Source: Elusimicrobia bacterium GWB2_63_16 (GTDB taxonomy: Bacteria > Elusimicrobiota > Elusimicrobia > Elusimicrobiales > UBA9959). From it: a stretch of 64,000 bases of DNA. The position numbers and the translations under genes are program-made. Shown piece by piece: positions 49,379-57,088 of this stretch; within the stretch, counting starts at the first letter, position 1, and every line of letters begins with the position of its first letter. The notes under the pieces were generated by a model, which had not been told where the DNA came from, searched no databases, and saw only the letters and a list, made by a program, of their open reading frames with translations. The stretch lies in contig MGTZ01000028.1 in NCBI GenBank assembly GCA_001799715.1, positions 10,954 through 74,953 on the forward strand, given 5' to 3'.

Positions 49379-50830
49379 GTGATTATGACCGCACCCCTAC
49401 GCCTTTTAGCCGTCCTGTCCCTCTGCCTGACCCTTAACGCGGGCGCGCAGGAGGCCGACCCGGCCCTTTCGCCCACCGCCCAGGGCTCCGAGATCTCGGC
49501 CCGCATGCAGGAGGACGTGTCGAAGCTGCTCGAGGAACTGCTCGGCCGCGGCCGGGCCCGCGCTTTCGTCACGGTGGAGGGGGAGATAGTGCTCAAGAGC
49601 AAGAGCGAGTCCGGCTCCCCGCCCGAAGAGAACCTGACCCTGCCCGGCTACTCGGCCGTCAACATCCTCGAGAAGACCGGCGAGTACCTCAAGCAGCAGC
49701 GCGCCGAGAGCCAGCGCACCAGCGAGTTCCGCGTCAAGCGGCTCGCGGTTTCACTCGTTTTCGACCGCGCCGTCCCCGACGCCCGCGTGAACGCCATCAA
49801 GCTGATGATCGCCGAAGTGCTGCGCGTCAGCGAGCAGCGCGGCGACACCATCATCACCGCCAAGGCCGAAATGCTGCCCTGGTGGAAGAGCGCCCTCGAG
49901 GCGCCCGAGATCCGCCCGGTGCTGGTGGCCTCCGCCTTCGGCGCGCTGGCGCTCGGCGTGTTGCTGATCTTCGGCTACATCCTGGCCTCCAAGCTGCTCA
50001 GCGGCTTCGTGGACTACGCCCGCATCAACGGCCCCGCCGCGGCCGCCGCCGGCCCCGCGGGCGGCGCCCTGGGCGGCCCCGGAGAAAGCGAGGGCGGCGA
50101 GGTGGGCGAGTTCGGCGAGATCATAGACGTGGAGTCCAAGGCCGCCTCGGGCGGCGCCATGCTGACGGCCGGCTCCGCCTTCGATTTCATCGAAAAGCTG
50201 CCTCCGTCGGACTCCGCCGAGCTTATCGCGGACCTGCCCGACGAGGACGCCGCCATCATCATAGCCAACCTGGCCGACCGCAGGCCCCATATTTCCTCCA
50301 AGGTGCTGCTGGCGCTGCCGCCCGCCAAGCGCCAGTCCGTCTCCGCCTTCCTGCTGGGCCTCAAGCAGGCCGAGCCCGAGCGCGTCTACGAGATCGAGAA
50401 CGACCTGCGCCTGAAGCTCGAGAAAAGCCTCAAGGGCGCCGAGAAGCTGGGCCGCCTGCTGTCGCTGGTGGACGAGGGCGCCCGCAGCGAGATCATGGAC
50501 AATCTCAACCGCGCCGACCCGAAGGCCTCCGAGGAACTGCGCAGCAGGATGGTGACGTTCGACGACCTGTGCCGCCTCGAAGAGAAGAACCTCAAGCCGC
50601 TCGTGGTGTCGCTGCCGTACGCCGACTGGGCCACCGCGCTGGCCGGCGCCGGCGAGGTGGCCACGGGCAACGTGACCCGGCTGCTGCCCGAGGACGTGCG
50701 CCTGGTGGTCAAGGACCTGATGATGACCCGCCCCGAGGACGAGCGGGTGATCGGCGCCAGGGCCAAGATAATTTCCGCCGCGATGGACCTCAACGCGAAG
50801 GGCCGCATAGTCCTGAAGGGGGGCGCGTGA
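49379..50830 (+). CDS. FliF-like (ring-building motifs plus TM) / FliG-like fusion protein
   Basis: Signal peptide. Periplasmic part has LEELLGRGRARAFVTVEGEI and RLAVSLVFDR...IAEVLRVSEQRGDTIIT (FliF/YscJ RBM-like). TM at aa ~179-207 and a Gly/Ala linker. aa ~265-483 is collinear with FliG N/M/C (ADPKASEELRSRMVTFDDLCRLEEKNLKPLV...ATALAGAG...KGRIVL). Start is the GTG at 49379 or the ATG at 49385. Confidence 0.7.
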   Translation: MIMTAPLRLLAVLSLCLTLNAGAQEADPALSPTAQGSEISARMQEDVSKLLEELLGRGRARAFVTVEGEIVLKSKSESGSPPEENLTLPGYSAVNILEKTGEYLKQQRAESQRTSEFRVKRLAVSLVFDRAVPDARVNAIKLMIAEVLRVSEQRGDTIITAKAEMLPWWKSALEAPEIRPVLVASAFGALALGVLLIFGYILASKLLSGFVDYARINGPAAAAAGPAGGALGGPGESEGGEVGEFGEIIDVESKAASGGAMLTAGSAFDFIEKLPPSDSAELIADLPDEDAAIIIANLADRRPHISSKVLLALPPAKRQSVSAFLLGLKQAEPERVYEIENDLRLKLEKSLKGAEKLGRLLSLVDEGARSEIMDNLNRADPKASEELRSRMVTFDDLCRLEEKNLKPLVVSLPYADWATALAGAGEVATGNVTRLLPEDVRLVVKDLMMTRPEDERVIGARAKIISAAMDLNAKGRIVLKGGA

Positions 50831-52812
50831 GCCGCCCCGCCGACGCCTTCGACTCCGACCTGGACTACCTGTGGCGCGCCGTGGGCGAGGCCCAGGACGC
50901 CTCGTCCCGCTCCGAGGCAGAACGCGCCGAGGCCCGCAAAAGCCTCGCGCTCTATGCCTCCAGGGCCGCGCTGCTTGAGAAACAACTGGCCGAGAGCCAC
51001 GCCCGCGAGAGGCATTTGAAGGCCGAAGCCGAGAAGCTGCGCTCCGCCGCCGGGCTCGGCTCGGAACGGCTGGCCGCCGCCGCCGCGGCCGCGCGCGAAG
51101 CCGAAGAGCTGCGCAGCGCCCTGCTGCGCAAGGAGGGTGAGCTCGCCGCCGCCGCGCCCGAACTCGAGGACCTGCGCGCCAGATCGAAAAATCTGCGGGA
51201 GGCCCTGGCCGCCCGCGACGAGGCTATCGCCGCGTTCAGGGGCAAGCTCACGGCCATAATGGAACTGCCCGAGATAGACCGGTTGCTGCGCGCCGACGAG
51301 GCCGCCACCGGCAAGCCCCGCCCGCTTTACGAGGAACTGCTGGAACGCCTGGAAGCCTCCAGGCGCGCCGCCGCCGGCTCGGCCGCCGCGCTGGCCGCCG
51401 CCGCCGAAGGGGAGGCCGCAGCCCGCCTGACCCTGGAAGCCGCCGAAAAGGAACTGGCCGAACAGCGCGACGCGCTGCGGCAGAAGAATTTGGATCTGGA
51501 AGGGCTGAAGAAGGCTGTCAGCGAGGCCGCCTATCAGGCGAGGATCTCCGGGGAGGAGAAGCAGGCGCTGGAAAGCCGCGCCGCCGCCCTCAAGGCCGCC
51601 ATAGCAGAGAAAGAAGCCGCCCTGGCCGCGGCCGCCGACGAGTCCGCCTCGCTGCGCGCCCGCCTGGACGCCTCCCGGGAGGAGGCCGAGCGCCTGCGCC
51701 AGTCAGCCGACGAGCATTCGGTAAAGGCGCAGGAGCAGCGCAGCAATTTTTCGGGAGCGGTGAGCCAGGTCTTCGACCTGCAGAACCGCGCCGCCGCGCT
51801 CAAAACGGCGCTGGGCGAGGCGCAGGAGCGCAGCGCGGCCGCCGCCTCCATGCTCAAGGCCCGCGAGGCCGACCTGGAAAAGGTCAACGGCCTGCTGCGC
51901 GACGCCAAGGGCGCCCTGACGCAGGAGAAGGAAGTTTCCCGCCGGGAAATGGTGAAGATAAAGGCGCTGGAGGCCGAGATAGACGCCCTCAAGACCAAGC
52001 TGGGCGCCGCCGCCGATTATTCGGCGCGGCTGCTCAAGGCCGTGGAGGAGCGCGACCTGGCCCTGGGCGCCGGCAAGGCCGCGCAGGCGCAGGACGGCAA
52101 GAAGCTGGCCGACCTCGAGATCGAGAACGAGGACCTGCGCCGAAAGAACATAAAATTTACCGGCCTCCTCAAGCGCGAACAGGCCGATTTCTCGGCCAGG
52201 ATGCTGGTCTCGCTGGAGCGCTCCGCCAGGGAGCTCAAGAATTTCAACCTGCGCATCCCCGCCGCCGAGCGCAAGGCGCTCGAGCCCGCGCTGAAGACGC
52301 TTTTCGCCTCCGTGAACCTGCTCAAGGGCTGGCAGGAGTACCTGGACCCCGAGACCCCCGACATGGAAGACACCGACCTCGCCTCCCTGGTTTCCGTCGA
52401 GACCGGCAAGTGGGAACGCGCCTTCAAGCAGCGCAAGATCTCCATCACCGCCGCCATCCTCAACCCGCGGCTGCGCGCGCGGCTGGCGCCCGAGCGCGTG
52501 AAGATGCTGTTCTACAACCTCATCAAGAACGCCTACGAGCGCCTGCAGCAGGGCGGCAGCCTGCGCGTGACCATGAAGAGTTCCGACGACGCGCGCCTGG
52601 CCGTCTTCACCTTCGAGGACACCGGCCCCGGCTTCGCCCGCGAGGCGCTGGACAAGCTTTTCGCCCCGTTCAACACCACCGACAAGGGCAAGGCCGGCAT
52701 AGGCCTGGCCGTGGCGCGGCGCATAGCCGAGAAGCACGGCGGCACGCTGGAAGTCACCAACAAGAAAGAACGCGGGGCCATAGTGGAAGTGCGCCTGCCC
52801 CTGGGCGTATAA
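50827..52812 (+). CDS. Cytoplasmic long coiled-coil protein with C-terminal HATPase_c domain (kinase-like, H-box apparently degenerate)
   Basis: Track ORF 49882-52812 trimmed to the GTG at 50827 (GTGA overlap with the upstream stop). About 450 aa of Ala/Glu/Leu/Arg heptad-like sequence. C-terminus has N-box FYNLIKNAYERL and G-boxes EDTGPGF / GKAGIGLAVA. The H-box position reads VSLERSARELKN. Confidence 0.65.
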   Translation: MSRPADAFDSDLDYLWRAVGEAQDASSRSEAERAEARKSLALYASRAALLEKQLAESHARERHLKAEAEKLRSAAGLGSERLAAAAAAAREAEELRSALLRKEGELAAAAPELEDLRARSKNLREALAARDEAIAAFRGKLTAIMELPEIDRLLRADEAATGKPRPLYEELLERLEASRRAAAGSAAALAAAAEGEAAARLTLEAAEKELAEQRDALRQKNLDLEGLKKAVSEAAYQARISGEEKQALESRAAALKAAIAEKEAALAAAADESASLRARLDASREEAERLRQSADEHSVKAQEQRSNFSGAVSQVFDLQNRAAALKTALGEAQERSAAAASMLKAREADLEKVNGLLRDAKGALTQEKEVSRREMVKIKALEAEIDALKTKLGAAADYSARLLKAVEERDLALGAGKAAQAQDGKKLADLEIENEDLRRKNIKFTGLLKREQADFSARMLVSLERSARELKNFNLRIPAAERKALEPALKTLFASVNLLKGWQEYLDPETPDMEDTDLASLVSVETGKWERAFKQRKISITAAILNPRLRARLAPERVKMLFYNLIKNAYERLQQGGSLRVTMKSSDDARLAVFTFEDTGPGFAREALDKLFAPFNTTDKGKAGIGLAVARRIAEKHGGTLEVTNKKERGAIVEVRLPLGV

Positions 52813-52839
52813 AGAAAAAGGGCGGGAAAGCTCCCGCCC
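52811..52839. terminator. Bidirectional terminator between convergent operons
   Basis: Hairpin gggcggga-aagc-tcccgccc (52820-52839) preceded by aaagaaaaa. This gives a U-run on the minus strand. Confidence 0.6.
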
Positions 52840-52860
52840 GTGCCGCCGGTACAGCCAGCC

Positions 52861-53541
52861 TTACAGCCTGAAAATGTAGCCCAGCCTGAAGATAGTCCCT
52901 ATCTTGCTCCCGAAGCGCCCCAGCTTGCGGCGCAGGGCCTCTATGCGCTTGTCCACGGCGCGGGGGCCGGCTTCGGCCGCGTCCTTCCACACCTGTTCCA
53001 GCAGGACGTAGCGCGAGACCACGCGCCCCTGGTTGCGGAGGAAATAGAGAAGGATGTCGAATTCCAGGGCCGTGAGCCTCACCTTTTTGCCGCCAACGCT
53101 GGCAGCGCGGGCCTCCGGCGAGATGAGCAGGTCGCCGAACTCGTACTCGGCGGGTTTCTCCGGCCGCGGCCGGCCGGCGGGGCCGCGCCCCAGCAGGTTC
53201 AGCAGCCGCGCCCGGAACAGCAGCGGGTCGGGGGGGAAGGCGAAATACTCGTCGGCGCCGCTATCGAAAGAGGCGGCGGCCGCGGCCGGGGAATAGGGGG
53301 CGGCGCCGGTCAGCACCAGCAGCAGGCCGGCGGTCCCGGGGGACCCGCGCAGCGCGGCCACCAGGTCTCCGCCGCCCATGTCCGGCAGCGCGGCGTCTAT
53401 CACGGCCAGCCCGGCGGCCGGGGGGGCTTTCAGAAAAGCGGCGGCGGTGGGGTAGAACTTCAGCGCGAAGCCCGCCAGCGCGGCGCGGTAAAAGGCCCGG
53501 GCGGCGGGATCGGAGGTAAGACAGAAGGCGGCAGGCTTCAT
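52861..53541 (-). CDS. OmpR-type winged-helix regulator with atypical receiver domain
   Basis: C-terminal LTALEFDILLYFLRNQGRVVSRYVLLEQVW...VDKRIEALRRKL trans_reg_C pattern. The receiver keeps the D in VIDAALPDM, lacks the N-terminal DD pair, and has YFAFP where Y-x-x-KP is expected. Confidence 0.8.
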   Translation of the reverse strand: MKPAAFCLTSDPAARAFYRAALAGFALKFYPTAAAFLKAPPAAGLAVIDAALPDMGGGDLVAALRGSPGTAGLLLVLTGAAPYSPAAAAASFDSGADEYFAFPPDPLLFRARLLNLLGRGPAGRPRPEKPAEYEFGDLLISPEARAASVGGKKVRLTALEFDILLYFLRNQGRVVSRYVLLEQVWKDAAEAGPRAVDKRIEALRRKLGRFGSKIGTIFRLGYIFRL

Positions 53542-53915
53542 GCGGGCAGCACGGCGGCTTTAATGCGGCGCAGGAGCTCGTCGGGGTCGAACGGCTTGAG
53601 CACGTAGCCGGCCGCGCCGAGCGCGAGGCCCTGCGAGACCATGTCCAGCTCGGAACGCACGGTAAAGAAAATGATGGGGGTTTTGGCCAGGGCCGGGACC
53701 TTGCGGATACGGCGGGCGGCCTCGAACCCGCTGACGTCGGGCAGACCCACGTCGAGCAGGATCAGGTCGGGGAGTTCCCTGGCGGCCAGCTCCACCCCCG
53801 GCAGGGCGGCGGCGGCGGTGAGCACGGCGCAGCCGGCCTTGGCCGCTATGCGCGAGGCGATGCGCAGGTAATCGGGTTCGTCGTCCACCACCAGGATCAC
53901 GGGGCGGGGGGTCAT
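53538..53915 (-). CDS. Single-domain response regulator (CheY-like)
   Basis: ILVVDDEPD, LILLDVGLPDVSG, FFTV, and YVLKPF. Confidence 0.9.
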   Translation of the reverse strand: MTPRPVILVVDDEPDYLRIASRIAAKAGCAVLTAAAALPGVELAARELPDLILLDVGLPDVSGFEAARRIRKVPALAKTPIIFFTVRSELDMVSQGLALGAAGYVLKPFDPDELLRRIKAAVLPA

Positions 53916-54298
53916 TTCTTCCTGGTCAGGTCCTCTACTTTCTTCTGCAGGTAGGAGAGTTCCACGGTCTTGCTCATGAACTCGCGGCAGTTGGACTCCT
54001 GCCGGAACAGCTCGCTCATGTTCTTGTCGAAGAACGTGCCGGTGATGACCAGCACCGGGATGGAGCGGGTCTCGTCGTCGGCCTGCAGGCCGCGGATGAC
54101 CTCTATGCCGCCGATGTCGGGCATCATCACGTCGCAGAGGATGATGTCCGGGCGTATGGCCTTGGCCTTCAGCAGGCCCTCGCGCCCGTTCTCTGCGATC
54201 TCCACCGTGAAACCGAGGTCGGTGAAATAATCGCAGACCATAGTCCGGAATTCCACGTTGTCGTCAACGATAAGCATCAGTCCCATATTCTGTCCCAT
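53912..54298 (-). CDS. Single-domain response regulator (CheY-like)
   Basis: LIVDDN, IILCDVMMPDIGG, and VLVITG. Confidence 0.9.
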   Translation of the reverse strand: MGQNMGLMLIVDDNVEFRTMVCDYFTDLGFTVEIAENGREGLLKAKAIRPDIILCDVMMPDIGGIEVIRGLQADDETRSIPVLVITGTFFDKNMSELFRQESNCREFMSKTVELSYLQKKVEDLTRKK

Positions 54299-54330
54299 GC
54301 GGTCTAGTATATTTCAAATGCGCCCGGTTT

Positions 54331-56451
54331 TCAAGAGGGCGAGGGGATGGGCGGGGGCGGGGCCGCCAGCGACTTGGCCACGGTGAAGATGAACTTGCTG
54401 CCTTTGCCCACCTCGGACTCCACCCAGATGTCGCCCTTGTGCAGCTGCACCGTCATCTGGCACATGGCCAGGCCCAGGCCGAAGCCCTGGCTCTTGTGCT
54501 CCTCCATCTGGCCGTATTTCTCGAAGATCTCCTTGCGCTTGGCCTCCGGAATGCCGGGGCCGGTGTCCTGCACGGCGAAGAACACCTGCTTATCGTCCTC
54601 CCAGGCGGAAAGCGTGATGGTGCCGCCGCCGGGGGTGAACTTGAGCGAGTTGCCCATCAGGTTGGTGATGACGCGCTCGAGCAGGGTCGGGTCGGCGGTG
54701 AAACTGATCTTCGCCGGCGGGGGGACCACCACGAGCTTGATGTTCTTGGGCCCGGCGACCGGCTCGTGGTTGTCCTTGATGCGCGCGATCACGGTCTCGG
54801 CGTCCACCGTGTCGAGCTGCAGCGTCATCGTGCCGCGCTCGAGCTTGGTGACGTTGAGGATGTCGTCGATCATGCCGCGCAGGCGGCGCGACGAATAGAG
54901 CATGCTCTGGAGATACTTGTCGGTGGCGGGGGAGGGGCCGATCTTCTTCATCAGCAGCTCCGTATAGCCCTGCAGGGTCGACAGCGGGGCGCGCATGTCG
55001 TGCGTGATCATGTGGAAGAAATCTTCCTTGGCCTTTTCGATCTCCTTCTCGCTCGTGATATCGCGGATGATGATGACGCGGCCCGGGCGCTTGAGCGTGG
55101 CCAGCAGGAACTGGTTGGAGATGACGCGGAAGCTCTTGGTCACCGTGGAAGTCTCGTTGACGAGCGGGGCGTCCAACTCGGTCTTAAGGTACTTCTCCTT
55201 GTGCGCCAGCATCTCGGTCAGGGCGTTGAAGAAAGCTTCGTTCTTGACGGAGCGGGGGACGGCCACCTCGGGGGAGATCTTGGGGATGCCGAGGAGCTTG
55301 AGCGCGGTGTTGTTGCAGTAGATCAGCGAGCCGCGGTCGTCTATCAGCAGCACGCCGTCGGAGATGGTGTCGATGAGCGCCTGGGCCTTGCCCTTCTCCT
55401 CCACGATCTGGTTGAGCTGGAAGGCGCGGTAGGCCTGCAGCTCCAGCATCAGTCGGTTGAGCACGCCCACGAGCGACTTGATCTCGGGCCAGCCCTCGGC
55501 GGGGATCACATTGTCCAGGTGCTGGGTGCGCAGAAAGCCTTTGACGCCGCCCACCATGTTGTTGATGGGGCGGATGATGCGGTTGGAGACCAGGAACACC
55601 ACGACCATGGCGATGGCGAAAATGACGACGGCCAGCGCCGCGAACACGATGATGGATTTGCGCTGCTTGCCGTAGAGTTCCTCTTCGGACTGCACCGAGA
55701 CGGCGGCCCAGTCCAGGTCCTCGATGGCGGCGTAGGCGCCGGCGAACTCCTCGCCGGAGAAAAGGAACTGGGACAGCGTGCCGGTGCGGCCGCCGCTGCG
55801 GAAGACCTTGCGCAGGTCCTCCGGCTTGAAGTCCAGGCCTTTCATGTCCTGGCAGGGGAGGGGCTTGCCCTGGCGGTCGGAGATGAAGACGCGGCCGCTG
55901 GCGCCGGTCTTCTGGGAATTGATCTTGCCCAGCAGTTTGTCCATCGAGAAATGGAACACGACCACGCGGCCGTCCACCAGCGGGTAGGCCAGCGGGAAGT
56001 AGGTCTGCGCGCGCAGGCAGATGGGGTCCCCGGTGGAGACCACGCCGCTGTCGGCGGCCTTGGCCACCAGCGCGGCCTGGAAGGAGGCGAGGGACTTCTT
56101 TTCGCGCACGGTCTCGCTCTGCAGGAAGAACAGCTCCTTCCCGTCGGCGGCGACCAGCGCCAGCGACATGATATCGGAATTGATGCGCGCCGCCTGCTGT
56201 ATCACCTGCGTCTCGTCCACCTTCCTGCCGCGCAGGGGGTTCTCGAACTCGTAGAGAAAGGCGAGGTTGCGGTTGGTGTTCTTGAGCCACTCGTCCACGT
56301 TGGCGGCCGACAGCCGGGACAGGCCCTTGTGCAGTTCGAAATAGCTGGCCACCGAGGAGTTGTACTGATAGACGTTCCAGCCGACGGCCAGCACGAGCGG
56401 GAGCACCGCTATGCCCAGCAGGATCAGCAGGAACCTCGTGGTCAGTTTCAT
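54331..56451 (-). CDS. Sensor histidine kinase (periplasmic Cache-like domain, HAMP, PAS, HisKA, HATPase_c)
   Basis: Two TM helices flank a ~240-aa periplasmic domain. H-box FFHMITHDMRAPLSTLQGY. NLMGNSLKF, QDTGPGI, and GFGLGLA motifs. Confidence 0.9.
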   Translation of the reverse strand: MKLTTRFLLILLGIAVLPLVLAVGWNVYQYNSSVASYFELHKGLSRLSAANVDEWLKNTNRNLAFLYEFENPLRGRKVDETQVIQQAARINSDIMSLALVAADGKELFFLQSETVREKKSLASFQAALVAKAADSGVVSTGDPICLRAQTYFPLAYPLVDGRVVVFHFSMDKLLGKINSQKTGASGRVFISDRQGKPLPCQDMKGLDFKPEDLRKVFRSGGRTGTLSQFLFSGEEFAGAYAAIEDLDWAAVSVQSEEELYGKQRKSIIVFAALAVVIFAIAMVVVFLVSNRIIRPINNMVGGVKGFLRTQHLDNVIPAEGWPEIKSLVGVLNRLMLELQAYRAFQLNQIVEEKGKAQALIDTISDGVLLIDDRGSLIYCNNTALKLLGIPKISPEVAVPRSVKNEAFFNALTEMLAHKEKYLKTELDAPLVNETSTVTKSFRVISNQFLLATLKRPGRVIIIRDITSEKEIEKAKEDFFHMITHDMRAPLSTLQGYTELLMKKIGPSPATDKYLQSMLYSSRRLRGMIDDILNVTKLERGTMTLQLDTVDAETVIARIKDNHEPVAGPKNIKLVVVPPPAKISFTADPTLLERVITNLMGNSLKFTPGGGTITLSAWEDDKQVFFAVQDTGPGIPEAKRKEIFEKYGQMEEHKSQGFGLGLAMCQMTVQLHKGDIWVESEVGKGSKFIFTVAKSLAAPPPPIPSPS

Positions 56452-56457
56452 ACGTAC

Positions 56458-57084
56458 TTAGATCTCGTGCCTTATGATGTTGATCTCTATGCGCCGGTTC
56501 TTGGAGCGCCCTTCGGGGGACTCGTTGGTCTGTATCGGCTTGAACTCGCCGTAACCCACGGCGGAGAGCTTCTCGGGGGCCACGCCTTCCTTAATGAAGA
56601 ACTGCAGCACCGAGAAGGCGCGGGCGCTGGAGAGTTCCCAGTTGGAGCGGAAGCGGGTGCCGCGGCCCAGCGGGCGGTTGTCGGTGTGGCCCTCTATCTG
56701 GATGGGGTTGGGCAGGTCCTGGAAAACGGCGGTCAGGCGGCGCAGGTGGGGGTAGGAGGAGGGCTTGAGCACATCGCTGCCCGGCGTGAACAGGATAGGG
56801 TCGGAGAAATTGATGCTGATCTTGTTGGCCGAGATCTCCACCTGGGCTATCTGCTGTATGCCGTGCTTGGAGAACAGGGTGCTGGCCACCTCGGTGTCCT
56901 TGCCGAAGGTCTCCTCGATGGCCTTGGCGGAGAACTGGGAGGTGATGTTCTTGGAGCTGTAGAAAGCGAAGAGGATCATGAAGAAGATCATCAGGTAGCT
57001 CATCATGTCGCCGTAGGTGATGGCCCACAGCGCGCCCCGGTTGAGCTCGTTCTCCAGTTCGTCCTCGCGTTCGTAGAAGCGCAT
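56458..57084 (-). CDS. motB: MotB-type stator subunit (OmpA-like peptidoglycan-binding domain)
   Basis: WAITYGDMMSYLMIFFMILF with the conserved channel Asp. C-terminal IEGHTDNRP...NWELSSARA...NRRIEI OmpA-like motif. Confidence 0.85.
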   Translation of the reverse strand: MRFYEREDELENELNRGALWAITYGDMMSYLMIFFMILFAFYSSKNITSQFSAKAIEETFGKDTEVASTLFSKHGIQQIAQVEISANKISINFSDPILFTPGSDVLKPSSYPHLRRLTAVFQDLPNPIQIEGHTDNRPLGRGTRFRSNWELSSARAFSVLQFFIKEGVAPEKLSAVGYGEFKPIQTNESPEGRSKNRRIEINIIRHEI

Positions 57085-57088
57085 AGTT

